A stretch of 64,000 nt of DNA from Macrostomum hystrix (lineage: Eukaryota; Animalia; Platyhelminthes), in NCBI GenBank assembly GCA_950097015.1, contig CATNEN010000038.1, positions 6,448,001 to 6,512,000 of the forward strand, given 5' to 3'. A program made the position numbers and the translations under genes. Positions 1 to 12,700 of this stretch are shown piece by piece. The number at the start of each line of letters is the position of its first letter. Positions within the stretch are counted from its first letter, which is position 1. Under the pieces are notes generated by a model. That model was given only the letters and a program-made list of their open reading frames with translations, made no database searches and had not been told where the DNA came from.

Positions 1-519
1 TCCCTAATCCCAGGTCTGACCCTCCCCGCATTTGTAACTGTATATGGGGGATAATTTGCCCCTGAAGAATATCTACATTGGGATATGCACATTTATCTCT
101 GGTTATGGCCTGGCCAGGAACTTTAGAGACAGACGCAGTTTGAGTACTCCAGCTGAACTACTTAGCTTCTATTGAACCTGAAAGCTATCAAGTAGCGAAT
201 TCGTTTTTTTTCTCAGACCTGCACGATACGACTTCCGCTGTGACATCTGAGGAGTGAACATCGAACAGGAAATAAGAGCTGACATACTAGCCAATCTGCT
301 CCTGAGATTATACTCAGCTTGCTCAAACAAAAGGTAAATAAATTGAAAACTTGTCTCTTTTACTCCTACTTATCCCGCGTACACTGAATGAAGCTGTCAA
401 TGTGTCTTTTAATGTAATTACTTAAAAAACGGATGAAGTTTCTTGCATTGCTATTCCTTAATAGCACACGTTACTTAGATACTTAGATTGGCTGAACAAT
501 ATTAATAATCATAATTAAT

Positions 520-870
520 ATAATAATAATAATAATTGCATGAGGGCTGCGGCAAATGGCACAGCCCTCTGCCAGCGAGCCAGCGAGGAGGCAATTCTGC
601 CCATTTCGCTGACTCCTGAGCACACACAGGTGTGTACATCTGCTCTGACTTTCTCATCGTCAGGCAGTGTACACTCTCACTGTGCCTTGGAGGTTGGCCC
701 TCAGGGGCGTGAATTGCACGACAAACTCCCAAGCCTTCTCTCCACGGCTGCGCACCAAAGGAATATGGCTTCAGGAATCGAGCTCAGGGATCTTTGTCAG
801 AGAGGCAAACTCGTTAACCGCTCTTTAGTTCACCCCCTTTGGCTGAACGACACCGAGATTTGTGAGCCCT
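520..870 (-). mobile_element. tRNA-derived SINE-like interspersed repeat, family A (most complete copy)
   Basis: On the minus strand a tRNA-like head (gagcggttaacgag...gagctcgattcct, B-box-like) leads to a (TTA)n tail at ~520-537. The core 'gtgtacatctgctctgactttctcatcgtcaggcagtgtacac...cactgtgcc' recurs at ~9060-9255, ~17245-17580 and ~48665-48810. Confidence 0.7.
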
Positions 871-2653
871 AAACTAATTGTTTGCGTTATAGTGAAGCCG
901 CTCAACTCAATGTTTATAGGCGGCACTCAAACAAAACGAAAGAAAGACAAGCTAGAGGACTCGAAGCACAAAAGCAGGGCAGTTTTCAGGCCGCGAGACA
1001 GATGCCATCGATTGCTTTGCAAATCATCAAAGGCCCTTTGATAAAGCAGCATATTGTTGACTGTACACTCCCTGCTTTGAAGCGAAACGAAGCGTAACGC
1101 CTTGATTATTGAGAGGGATAAAAACACTGATACAACTGAGCAACTCATTGTGCTATCATCGAGTTGCAATCTAGCTGACACATGCAGTGCTGTGCTGTGA
1201 AGTCATTCTACGCTGGTTCTATTCAGAAGTGCAAGTCACGGCAATGCTGCAGTGATTGTCTACTTTGATTTCCTTACCCTAGACAATCTCGTTAGCGCAA
1301 TGCGATTATTCAATCAATGGCGGTTGGAGGAAGTCGTGACTAAATAGCTTCATTGACGTTCGACCAATGTGAAGTGCTAGAAATAATTGGTTATCATTTA
1401 ATAGTCTATTAATAAAGGCACGTAGGAGAACACTAATAGTGTCGGCTGTAGATTTAATATAGATATAATTTAGACTCCTAGGGACAGCTCGCCCCATAGT
1501 AACAGATGTTTTTACCTGTTCAATTAAATAGACGGTCCCACTTTAAAATTTTTTCTTCTGCTGCTAATTATGAGGTTCTATTCAGGGCAACAAAAAGCAT
1601 TAAAACAGATTCAGAATTTTACTGATTGGATAGTCCGAAGGTGCAATCACTTCATTGTCCCATAAACCATTCGCTTTAGCTTCCGTCATGCCTAGAGCAT
1701 TGCTAAGTGACGGACGATTTCTGATAACTCGAGAGCATACTAAAAACTGTGCAGAACTAACCGGCTCCAAATATAAAATTTTATACTCAATAGCCGATTC
1801 TGAAAGTTGCCGACAGCACTTCCAGTGGCATAAAAAGTGCAAAGCTCACTTAAAAGTCTCCAGAACTTTCCGCGAAATCCCTAGCGAATAATCCCAACCC
1901 AAAGACTGAAATGAGGTCGTTCAGCTGTGAGCACTGCAGCCACCGATTGAGAGCGACAAAACTGTTCTGACTGCACTTTGGAAAAAAGTGGCGACAAATC
2001 ACACTCGACTTGCCAAACTCGCTGAAGCAAATACCCAGCCGAAATTGCTTGCCCACTGCTGGCCAAGAAACTTAAGTTATAAGAGTCCGAGAGCTGAACA
2101 ACACGCGTGAGAAGCCGGCCCATCTGACGCGGCCCGCAGACCTGGATGAACACGAGGTGTTCCGCTTTGAGCCAAGATTTTTTATGACGCGGCGCTCACT
2201 AGCCAGAAGTAGTACAAGAGAGTTTGACAAGTTTAAGGCCTCCGTATTGCAATCAATGCCAGTTGTTGCCAAACTGCCACAAGATTTCTTGTGCAGAGCA
2301 TAAATAATTGACTTTTTGTCAACATTGCTGCAGGCTTGACTTGAAGTGGCGGGGTTTTAGTCATTCAAAGCCTGGAATGGGAGTTGAGCTGCATAGGTGG
2401 CTTTTTGCGGAAACCGGAAGGAATAAAATGTGAAAATATGATGGCACACAATGCATAGTGCCGTCTGAAATCTAAAAACACGTTTGTATATGTGAATGGG
2501 ATTTTTTCAGCTGGGCGAACTAAAGCTACGCAGGATTGCTGGAAGAAAAAATTATTATCCTCAAGCTGGAGGTTGGAACTCCGGACCTCTTGGAGATATT
2601 GTTAGCTACGAAAATCAAATTTCCCGTTTCTCCCTCAGTTCCCAGCAAAAAGA

Positions 2654-5600
2654 ATGACGGAAAGCAACCTGACAGACGCCAGCAGCCTGCTGACGGATCG
2701 GTACCCGCTGCCGATGCACCTGTACGACAGCTTCATGCCGAGGTTCATGCTGTTCGACCGGGTGGCCACCCCTGTCTGGTACGCGCTGGGCCTCTTCGGA
2801 AATACCCTCAGCGCCATTGTGTGGCTCAGCCCCGAGGTGCGTCGCAACAACTCTTCGGCCGTGTACCTGGCCGCCCTGTCCCTGTGGGACCTGGCCTTCC
2901 TGCTGCTGCACACGTTCCAGGAGCTCAAAGAGGCGTGGAACATCTCGACGCAGAACGCGTTCACCTGCAGCTGGCTGCCGTTGCTGCTGCTAACGGCACA
3001 GTACCTGTCCCCACTGCTCGTGCTCGGCTTCACTGTCGAGCGATGGGTCTCCGTCTGCTTCCCGTTTCGTCGCGAGTCTCTCTGCACACCCCGGCGCGCC
3101 TGCTCCGTGGTCGGCGCCATGACTGTCGCCATGATTCTGTGGAACCTCTGGCAGCTCTACTTCAAGACCGGCTGCGAAATGTCCGAGGAGCGCTACGGCT
3201 GGACAGCATACACAGTCGGCACCGAGGTGGTGATCAGCGGTCTGGTGCCGACCGCCGCCCTGGTGTTCAACCTGATGGTGCTGCGTGAAATTCGACGGAT
3301 CAACAGCGCCGGCGCCGAGAGGAAGCTCTGCGACAACGGACGCGGCGGCGAAGCCGGTGGCGAAAAGTGCAGAGACTCCGCCGGCGACGGTGGCAACACC
3401 GAGCGACGATTTCGCACCACCACCGTCACGCTGCTCTGCGTGTCGTTCTTCGTCATCCTGACCACCCTGCCGGCGGGCATGGTCTACGGGCTGCAGTCCT
3501 ACGCCAACTTCGGCAGCATCAACATGACTGACGAAGAGGTGAGAAGGCCACTGCCGGTGCCCTCGATCCAGAGTTTAGATTCCTGAGCACACACACTCAC
3601 ACACAATGCTTGTCGATCGGTGGCTAGCGTTAAGAAAACCTTTGACTTCCATGGGTCCTTGGAAGATATAGACCTTTCGACCGAGTGTCATGTTGGTTTC
3701 TTCCGAATAACCTCGTGTCACGGAATGTTCCAAATGGCTTCTCGTAAAACAGAAAAAAAACATTTCTTAAATTCTTAACATCTTTGCGAATCTTGGAGTC
3801 GTGATGAGCACGGCGAGTTGGAATGCTTGAACAGGAGAACGCTTTTAAAAGCAATCTTGCTTGCGATATTTGAGAGCTGTTCTACTCAAGAATGAGTTAT
3901 AATGCAATAGTACTTCACGACTATGCATTTTAGTGCGTTTCAATAATACTGTGTGTGCGTTAGGGTTCGTAAGTCCAAGGTTTATCCCAAGAATTTTCAG
4001 GCCCCTTCATTAGAAAGAGGAAGATGAAGGAGCTGAGATTGCGATAACCTAAAGTAGCTGGCCAGTTCTGTTATCCGCAGAATCACGAAAGCACCAGCCG
4101 CAACATAGCTATGAATCTGTGCCGGCTCGTACTAATAGAATTGTTGTGATATTTTGGTTTTCAATTGCGAGTGCAGTATTTTTAGTAACCACTGGAAGTG
4201 CTGTCGGCAACTTTCAGAATCGGCTTTTGAGTATAAACAGTAGTCATTTAGAAGTGTCTTTTAAACAAAAAACGCATAACCTTTTTTCTGAAAATAGAAT
4301 TCACAAAATAATTGATTTGAAAAATAATTGTTTTTTTTCTCGGGGCAACTGAGTCTGCACCAGACGAGGCGACTCGATCGAGCATTTCATTGTCAATCAG
4401 CAGAAATCATTGCTTTCAGTCATTCATTGTTTGTTTCAGTTTGCCTACATATTACTAGATCTTGGGTGTCTGTTCTGTCTGCCTGTCTGTCTGTTCCAAA
4501 TCGTCATTTTATAGCTAATCCAAAAGTGTGAAGTATTTGTTTTCGAAAACTGTCTGTTGTAGTATGTTCCAGTCTACTCTACTTACTGTAAGTCTGCGTG
4601 AAATATTTTAAAAAACTATAACAAGCAAAAAAACTAGTTTTTACACCTGCCCCAATTGGACCATGCTGACTGAACCCATTGAATAGCTGGGTGAACTGAA
4701 TCATGGCAGAGTTAAACACCTTACTGAAGAACATTAGAGTCGGGGAACGAACCCCCGACCTTCAAGTCGTGAGTCCATTGCTCTAATCACTAGGCTGCAG
4801 CCCTCTCAACAAAGCCCGTATTTTTCTGCGTATTAAATAGTTCTCTAGAATATTTCCTTGAGCTTAGCGTGGGCCAAAGCCAGAAGCAAGGCTATAGTTT
4901 TATCAGATATAACTGACTAATTAATAAATAATTGACTAGCCGTGAGGTTCTGGTGATTGAGTGATTTATTGTGTTCAATTTCACGGCTTGCCGGGTTGCG
5001 ATAAATTTTATTCCTCGCAGTTCCATTGTGTCTGTGACTGCGGACTGGGGCCTAAAACGTTCAATCCGCTTGTAGGATAGTTTGCGAATGTGCCCGATTA
5101 GGTTGGCCCCATCTGGCTCCTGACCTTCAACTCTAGGACTCGACCGAGGACCACAAAAACAAAGCAATTTGGATAAAAAAAGGCGGAAATAAGTGCTCTC
5201 AATGTAGACAAACTTTAAATAAAATGAGCTCAAGTTGCCGCTGATTCGCTCAGCTTGGCTGAGTACAGATTCGGAGCCCGATAAGGCTTAGTGACAACGG
5301 CTTCCGATTCTTTGGCTATCAGCGAATGTACTTTAGCGCTCAGCCAGTGCCGCCAATGAGTCAGGAGTTTTATCTCTGAGAGCTGCTGAATTGAGCACCC
5401 ATTCCTGAGCAGCTAGTTGGTGTCTCTCACTGATCCCCAGGGGAAGCCTGTTGCCAAGTTGGCAATAATCTCATCCCCTAGAAGATTGATGCCGCTTCAA
5501 CAATTGTCCGCGCCTTGCTGGCTTAAGTCCCTAGTTTGTTGAATGGCTGTTCTGGCTGCAATTTGTGAAACTGCCAAAGCATGCGCTAAGGATTTAGATA

Positions 5601-5666
5601 ACACTAAAAGCCAGATTGGCATAGAGTGGATTTGGTTGGAATAGGATTAGAAGTGATGACGCTACA

Positions 5667-5721
<55 letters not shown>

Positions 5722-6272
5722 GTCAGACAGACAGACAGACAGACAGACAGGCCTCCATCTGCAACCCACAGGTTCTGGCCGACCCAGTCTGGCAGCGGCA
5801 CTTCGCCATGACGCGGGTGAAGAAGGTTATCGATGAGGTGTCGCTGTCGCACTACTCACTGAATTTCCTCATCTACCTGGCCACCGGCATGCAGTTCCGT
5901 CATCGGGTCGCGGACATTTTCCGTCGCCTGCATCGCTGCCTTCGCTGCTGGCGCCGCGGCTCGGATGAATTTTCCGGCCTCCGGCGCCGCTCCGGTGGCA
6001 GCTGGTCCGCCACCGTCGAGGAGCGTCGGCTCAGCACAGTCAGTCAACGACGATCTCGAAGGGCGACAATGGCGGCTGCAGCCGCCGCCAACGCGGCCTC
6101 CACCGCCCCAGCCACGACCGCAGCCAGGCTACTGAGGCTTCAGTCCGGAGAAGACTGCAATGCACTGGCGACCGTCGCAAGCGACGGTGGCGGCAACGGT
6201 GCCGGGACTCAAGTTCAAGAGGCTGACGAAGAAGCGCCGTCAACCAAAGCGTTGGTGGCTGTTCACATCTGA
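2654..6272 (+). CDS. Rhodopsin-class (class A) peptide GPCR, FMRFamide-receptor-like; exons 2654-3538 and 5772-6272
   Basis: TM1 GN (GLFGNTLS), TM2 LAALSLWD, TM3 ERW (DRY equivalent), TM6 LTTLP and TM7 NFLIY plus helix-8 QFR. Donor GAG|gtgaga at 3538/3539 and acceptor cacag|GTT at 5771/5772 join in phase 0. Confidence 0.9.
4670..4800 (-). mobile_element. tRNA-derived SINE fragment, family B
   Basis: The segment 'cccattgaatagctgggtgaactg...gagtcggggaacgaacccccgaccttcaagtcgtgag' matches 8289-8410. It contains a reverse-complement tRNA B-box-like head. Confidence 0.55.
5665..5750 (+). repeat. (GACA)n microsatellite
   Basis: About 21 near-perfect GACA units ending ~20 nt upstream of the GPCR exon-2 acceptor. 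Confidence 0.95.
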
Positions 6273-6819
6273 CATGTGCATTCATTTTACTGCTTGTGTG
6301 TGACTAGTCTGTGTTTCAATGCATGCTCTTTTGTTCGTTAAGCATTGCTGGCAACAGTAACAGTAGTCATTTAGGGAGTTTTTCCGTTTTAAACTTTGTC
6401 GTTTTATGAAAATTTATATTGCTGTCTTACAATACGCCTTGGCACACTCATAGTTACCTAGACTTGCCCGCTCATTTCTGTGTTCGTGCTTTTTGTCGCC
6501 TGAGAATCTAAATTTATTAATTTTATTCTTGGCAGGCAAAAATTATAGCTCCAGATTTATAAAGGTTGCTTTCTGTTCTCAAGTAGCTTGCTTTGAACGA
6601 ATTGACCTGTCAATTATCTATTAGAATTGCGCGCGATATTGGCTGTTATTGGAGTAGGTAAAAAGTTTCAATATATATTTGATAATATTTTGTGACGTAA
6701 CGTGCCATTTGTGTTAGCAAATAAAAACTGACATTACCTGTGTCAATCATATCACTTGCGCGGTCTCGTTTTCTAGACATTAAATAGGACCAACCGCATT
6801 TCTTACCCAACTGCCTAAT

Positions 6820-7400
6820 CACCCTTCTCATCTACCTGCTCCACCTTCCTCATCTGCCTGCCTCACCTTCCTTATCTGCCTGCCTCACCTTCCTTATCTG
6901 CCTGCCTCACCTTCCTTATCTGCCTGCCTCACCTTCCTTATCTGCCTGCCTCACCTTCCTCATCTTCCTGCCTCACCTTCCTTATCTGCCTGCCTCACCT
7001 TCCTTATCTGCCTGCCTACCTTCCTTATCTGCCTGCCTCACCTTCCTCATCTTCCTGCCTCACGCGTACCCTTCTCATCTACCTGCCCCACTGTCCTTAT
7101 CTCAACTGCCTCATTTTCCTCTTCGACTTGCCTCGAATTCCTAATCTAGACTACCTGCCTCACCTTCCTCATCTACCTGCCTCACCTTCCTTATCTACCT
7201 GCCTCACCTTCCTTATCTACCTGCCCCATTTTCCTTATCTCAACTGCCTCACTTTCCTCTTCTACTTGCCTCGCCTTCCTAATCTACCTGCCTCACCTTC
7301 CTCATCTACCTGCCTCACCTTCCTTATCTACCTGTCTCACCTTCCTTATCTGCCTGCCTCACGCGAACCCTTCTCATCTACCTGCCTCACCTTTCTCATC
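6820..7400. repeat. 22-bp minisatellite (ctgcctgcctcaccttccttat)n
   Basis: Tandem units read directly from the sequence, degenerating towards 7400. Confidence 0.9.
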
Positions 7401-8005
7401 TCATCCACATGTTCAGTTGTCTGCGTCACCGTTTTTATTTCCGATTCACAATCAAAAGTTTAAAAAGACTTCGATAATAATGCTCTAATTTAATGCTTTT
7501 AGCTTTTAACAGCAAAATAGTCACATAAAAACAGAAAGTTTCAGGTTTTTAAAGCTTGTTTTTAGTTTATATCCTTGTCATAATAATACTATTTCGAGAC
7601 TAACAAGCCTTTTATGAGCACAAAAATGTACAGTTAAGGCTCTCTATGCACAGATAAGAGCCATCTGATTTTCTTTGAAAGTAAAAAACAATTTTTGCTA
7701 CCTTGTTTTAAACAAGACGAGACTTCCGCGACCTTCCCTTTACTATTAGTACTTGGCAGACAGAAAAGTGGAACTTTGAAGTCAATTCTATTCTTGTACA
7801 TTGTGTCGAGTACGGCAGCAATGCAAAGTACAGTGTTTAGGGCAGACTCCAGGTCACATGACTGATAGGCAAGTAGACATAATTAGTTTAATGCGCCGTA
7901 TAAAATGTCTCCCCAGCCTCGGCAAAAAGCCTAATATTTTCTCTTAAGCTACGGACGGCCTCAGAACGAATTGAAGTAAAATAAGAGCGAATCAGCAGTT
8001 GCACA

Positions 8006-8767
8006 ATGGCCGCTCACTTTGCCAGAATGACCAACCAGCGCCTGCAGGTGAAGGACAACAGCAAGAAGTGCCAGGTGGCTAACAACGACTACGCCAAGCT
8101 GATGTACTACCTGCACTGCGTGGAGGCGGTGAAATGCGGCGACTTCCCGGCCTACATGACCAACTATGCCAACTATAGCCAGCTGACTGAGGCGCAGAAG
8201 CGCAGCATTGTGGCCACCGCGCGACGCAACGATCCGGACGAAGTGTGAGTCCGAATTACGAAGCCTTTCGTAATTGCTGATGCTGGTACCCATTGAACTG
8301 CTGGATGAACTGAAGTACGTAATACAGAGTTAAGTGTCTTGCTAAATAATTCAAAAATGCTTCCATTGGAGTCGGGAATCGAACCCCAGACCTTCAAGTC
8401 GTGAGCCCCGTTGTATACATCAAGGAGACAAATATATGTTAAGTTGGAATCTTTGTTTTCACTTCTCTCCTCCACTAGGCTGTGCTTTGTCGAGGCGGAC
8501 GAACTGCCGGACAATGACAGCAACAAGTTTTTAAAGCTGTCAGCCCAGGAGGAAAGCCTGACCGCCTTCGGGATCCGTGGCGTCGGCGCCGCAATGATGG
8601 GACTCCGTCGGGAGCTCGGCGACAGCAAAGACCTCATGACCATCATGGCGCACACAAAGACCTGGGCCAGGAACAACTACTACCAGCCGCTCAGAAACCT
8701 GCAGGGGGGCAATTCGTCTGACGAGGCCAACGCAGCCGCACTGCGCCTTCTGATGCTGATGAGGTGA
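8006..8767 (+). CDS. Uncharacterised ~175-aa protein; exons 8006-8244 and 8479-8767
   Basis: GC3-rich codon usage like the neighbouring genes. Donor GT|gtgagt (phase 2) and acceptor ctcctccactag|G join in frame to give ...NDPDEVLCFVEADELPDNDSNKF... Confidence 0.75.
8289..8410 (-). mobile_element. tRNA-derived SINE fragment, family B (in the orphan gene's intron)
   Basis: 'ggagtcgggaatcgaaccccagaccttcaagtcgtgag' is a reverse tRNA-like head and matches 4670-4800. Confidence 0.55.
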
Positions 8768-9059
8768 GCTGCCGATGCATGCCATCGGCCTCTTCAACAT
8801 AATACGAGTAGCCGACATGGTTTCATTATGAAATTTTGTGAGCAGAAAAATTATGCCTATATTGGTGGATTTCGCCACCAAACACCCCGACAAGAATCGT
8901 CGAATATCTCGCCGGTGCCGATGTTTTGTGATTCTGGAAGTAGTTTCATCGGATAGAGGGGAACATTTTAGCCCGTTTTCTGGATTTTTGTAACGATTTG
9001 CAGAATACGAAGTACTCTTTAAAGTATTATTTTCTCAACCGGTTTGGTAAATTATTTTC

Positions 9060-9255
9060 AGGAGGGCTGTGGGGAATGGCACACCATTTTTGGTGACATT
9101 TGGAGCAGCAACTAGCGAGAGACAATGAGTGTGTACAGTGTCTAGAGTATGTACACCTGCCCTGACTTTCTTATCGTCAGGCAGTGTACACTTTCAATGC
9201 GCCTGGAAGGCTTTGGCCATCAAGGGCGTAATTTGCACCACAAGCCCGAAAGCTA
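9060..9255 (-). mobile_element. SINE family A partial copy
   Basis: 'ctgactttcttatcgtcaggcagtgtacactttcaatgcgcc...aggggcgt' aligns to 630-740. Confidence 0.65.
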
Positions 9256-9798
9256 CAAATGACTGTTAACAATCGATCAACTAACAATGGATTCCAATTG
9301 TCATTTCAGAGCTCTAACAACGGACTAGAAGCTCCTAGAGGCTCGCAGAGATGTGACGATTTCATTTCGATCGATTCATAACGATCCCAATCTTATCAAA
9401 TATCAAATACTGATAGCCTATGTTTCCTAAACTGTCAAAAGAACATTGCATTGTAAATATCCATCGGGCATTTGAGAGTCGAATGTAATTCTAAATGAGA
9501 ATTGAATAAAATAAAATAACGGAGCAAGGCAGTGGCACATGGGATTTTTTAAACTTCTATTCTAACCAATAACCATCAAGAATTTAAACTACCAATAAAC
9601 CTGTTTAATTCCGAAACATATTAATAGCGTTTCTTAAACTTAATACAAGTGTATTATAATCGTACCTACTTAATCGCGTTAGTAATTTTTGTTTTGCGTG
9701 TTGTAAGTCCATCATTGTCAATCAATTAATTATTCCATCGCTGATAGGTGTCAAATTTGAGTTGTTAAAAGTCCCCAATTGAGAGGAAAAGCAAGAAT

Positions 9799-12700
9799 TT
9801 ATCCCACTGCGCTGATGAACAAGCGGCTGAGCTCCGGGTCGGAGGCGCGCACCGTCATGTTCATGGTGACGCCCTGGCCGGAGGCTGCTAGACGGCACCT
9901 GGCCAGCACGTCGTGGCCGCCGCGGAACACCCCGGCCAGGTGCAGTGTGTGGGTGGACTTGCTCGGATCTGGCTTATCCGAGCGATCGCAGGCAGCCAAG
10001 CCGAAGATCTTGATGAGGTTCTGGACGGCGTCAACTATTGACGCCATGCTGGTGAGGGCGAATGTGTCCTCCAGCTCCGAGTCGGGCGCCAGCTCCTCCC
10101 AGGCCGCTGAGAAGTTCGGCTTGATGACCGGCTGGACAAAATCGCAGACGCCAATGTCCAGCTCTTCTAGGACGTACTCGTCTGAGTAGCCTTCGTCAGA
10201 GTCCGGCTGCCCGGTGGCCGGGTCGCAGTCCTTCACAACGAAGCGCAGTGTGCAGGCCATGCCGCAGGACGACGGGTCGGTGGGCCGGAACACCGAGTAG
10301 CAGGTGGCCGGCGTGTTGTAGGGCAGGGCAGGAGCCGGGATTACCTGGGAACCAGTCGGACATTGTGTTCGATTCAGGGATAAATATTTATAATTTTAAT
10401 CCAACGAGATGGGATTCTGAAATCTGGCATTTAAAATCTGACGAGAAATGGGATTCTGAAATCTGGGATTTAAAATCCGACGAGATGGGATTCCGAAATC
10501 TGGGATTTAAAATCCGACGAGAGAGGGGATTCTGAAATCTGGGATTTAAAATCTGACGAGATGGGATTCTGAAATCTGGGATTTAAAATCCGACGAGATG
10601 GGATTCCGAAATCTGGGATTTAAAATCCGACGAGAGAGGGGATTCTGAAATCTGGGATTTAAAATCCGACGAGATGGGATTATGAAATCTGGGATTTAAA
10701 ATCCGACGAGATGGGATTCCGAAATCTGGGATTTAAAATCCGACGAGAGAGGGGATTCTGAAATCTGGGATTTAAAATCTGACGAGAGATGGGATTCTGA
10801 AATCTGGGATTTAAAATCTGACGAGATGGGATTATGAAATCTGGGATTTAAAATCCGACGAGAGAGGGAATTCTGAAATCTGGGATTTAAAATCCGACGA
10901 GATGGGATTCTGAAATCTGGGATTTAAAATCCGACGAGATGGGATTCTGAAATCTGGGATTTTAAATCCGACGAGATGGGATTCTGAAATCTGGGATTTT
11001 AAATCCGACGAGATTGGATTCTGAAATCTGGGATTTTAAATCCGACGAGAGAGGGGATTCTGAAATCTGGGATTTAAAATCTGACGAGATGGGATTGTGA
11101 AATCTGTTATTTTATTATATACAACGCTTTGAGATTCTAAAATTTGGGATTTTTAAATACGGCACGATGGTACTCTAAAATATTGGATTTTGAATCTGAT
11201 TTTGAGTCCAACAATATGGGATTATAAATTCAACAGGATGGGATTCTAAATCTTCTGACTGGAAATATAGAGGATTTTAAAAGTTAGTTGGAAAGTGACT
11301 AGAAGATTTAGGTCTAAAACCGACAGATGCAAAAAGAAAAACAAAATAACCAACCTTCACCAGCTCCCAATCCTCTGAAGGCACGCAGTCGACGTGAACA
11401 TTCTCGAGCCGCTGGTCCGGCAGTGTGTTGAGCAGGTCGAACTGCAGCAGCAGGTAGTCGCTAAAAGCGTGCTTCACGCAGGTGACAGAGTACTCGGTCT
11501 CCTCCTCGGTGAGTCGAACTGGCTCGGAGCTCTTAAACAGGCTGCCCAGGGCTGACAGCTCGGGCACCGCAGCCAACTGCTTGGCGTAGCGATCAGCCTG
11601 CGTCTCCAGCGACTTTGCCGGCTGTTTGGCGGCGAAGGCCTCGGGCAGGGCCGAATCGTCCTGCTTGGGCCGGGCGGCCGGAGTGTGTACAGGCACCGAG
11701 CGAAGGTCGAACTTCTGCTGCAGTGACTCGGCCGCCTGCTGGGTGTACCTGGGAGTGAGATGTGGATCTGGGGAGTGAGATATGGAACTGGGGAGTGAGA
11801 TATGGAACTGTGGGGTGAGAGATGGAACTGGATGAATGAGATATGGAACTGGAGGAGTGGGATATGGAACTGGGAATGAGAAACTAAAGAAGTAGTGTCA
11901 AGAAAAAAAACTGGTAAGGATGAGAACTAGAACTGGTAGGGATGAGAAATAGAACTGACAGGGATGAGAAATAGAACTGGCAGGGATGAGAAATAGAACT
12001 GGCAGGGATAAGAAATAGAACTGGCAGGGATAAGAAATAGAACTGGCAGGGATTAGCAATAGAACTGGCAGGGATGAGAAATAGAACTGGCAGGGATGAG
12101 AAATAGAACTGGCAGGGATGAGAAATAGAACTGGCAGGGATGATTAAGTGCTATAATTTCGGTCGCACCTGAGCAGCGCCTGTTCCAGACCGACCACGGA
12201 CAGCTGCATCGGCGCCAGGACGAACTTGGCGGACAGCTGGTCGTTGCGCAAGGACAGCACCCGGTGGTAGAAAGTGGCGCGGTCGCGAACCTCATCGTCC
12301 GTATCCAGCTTGCAGCGGTCCAGCAGCACCAGCACAGAGTCCAACAGCGGGGCGTGGAGGGCGCCGAATTTTGCCAGCGCGGCCACAGCGGCAGCCCGGA
12401 CTAGCGGCACCTCCAGGATCACGCGGTTGTAGATGTACCTGAGCCGGAGGGACGACTGGTCTGTTATCTTTCCCCGACGTGTCTTTTAATTTCTGAAGAA
12501 TTATGCTTCCCACATTCTCATATCACTCCTAGATTCTCATATCTCTCCTAGATTCTCATATCTCTCCTAGATTCTCAAATATCTCCTAGATTTTCATCTC
12601 TCCTAGATTCTCATCTCTCCCAGATTCTCATATCTCTCCTAGATTCTCAAATATCTCCTAGATTTTCATCTCTCCTAGATTCTCATCTCTCCCAGATTCT

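Noticed and set aside
1900-2160. Possible hAT transposase fossil (WKKVATNHTRLAKLA; cggccc motifs)
   Set aside because: Too short and degenerate, and I found no TIR pair or TSD.
2536-3480. Alternative-frame and antisense ORFs over the GPCR (likewise over COPG, PAPSS and DLGAP exons)
   Set aside because: These are shadow ORFs caused by high GC3 in real exons.
8360-8410. tRNA gene (also 4740-4795 and 20185-20220)
   Set aside because: Only a B-box-like half is present, no full cloverleaf can be built, and it is embedded in a repeated SINE body.
10400-11110. CRISPR-like regular 30-37-bp repeats (also 24165-24730 and 35820-36820)
   Set aside because: The units are head-to-tail with no unique spacers, there are no cas genes, and the context is eukaryotic introns.
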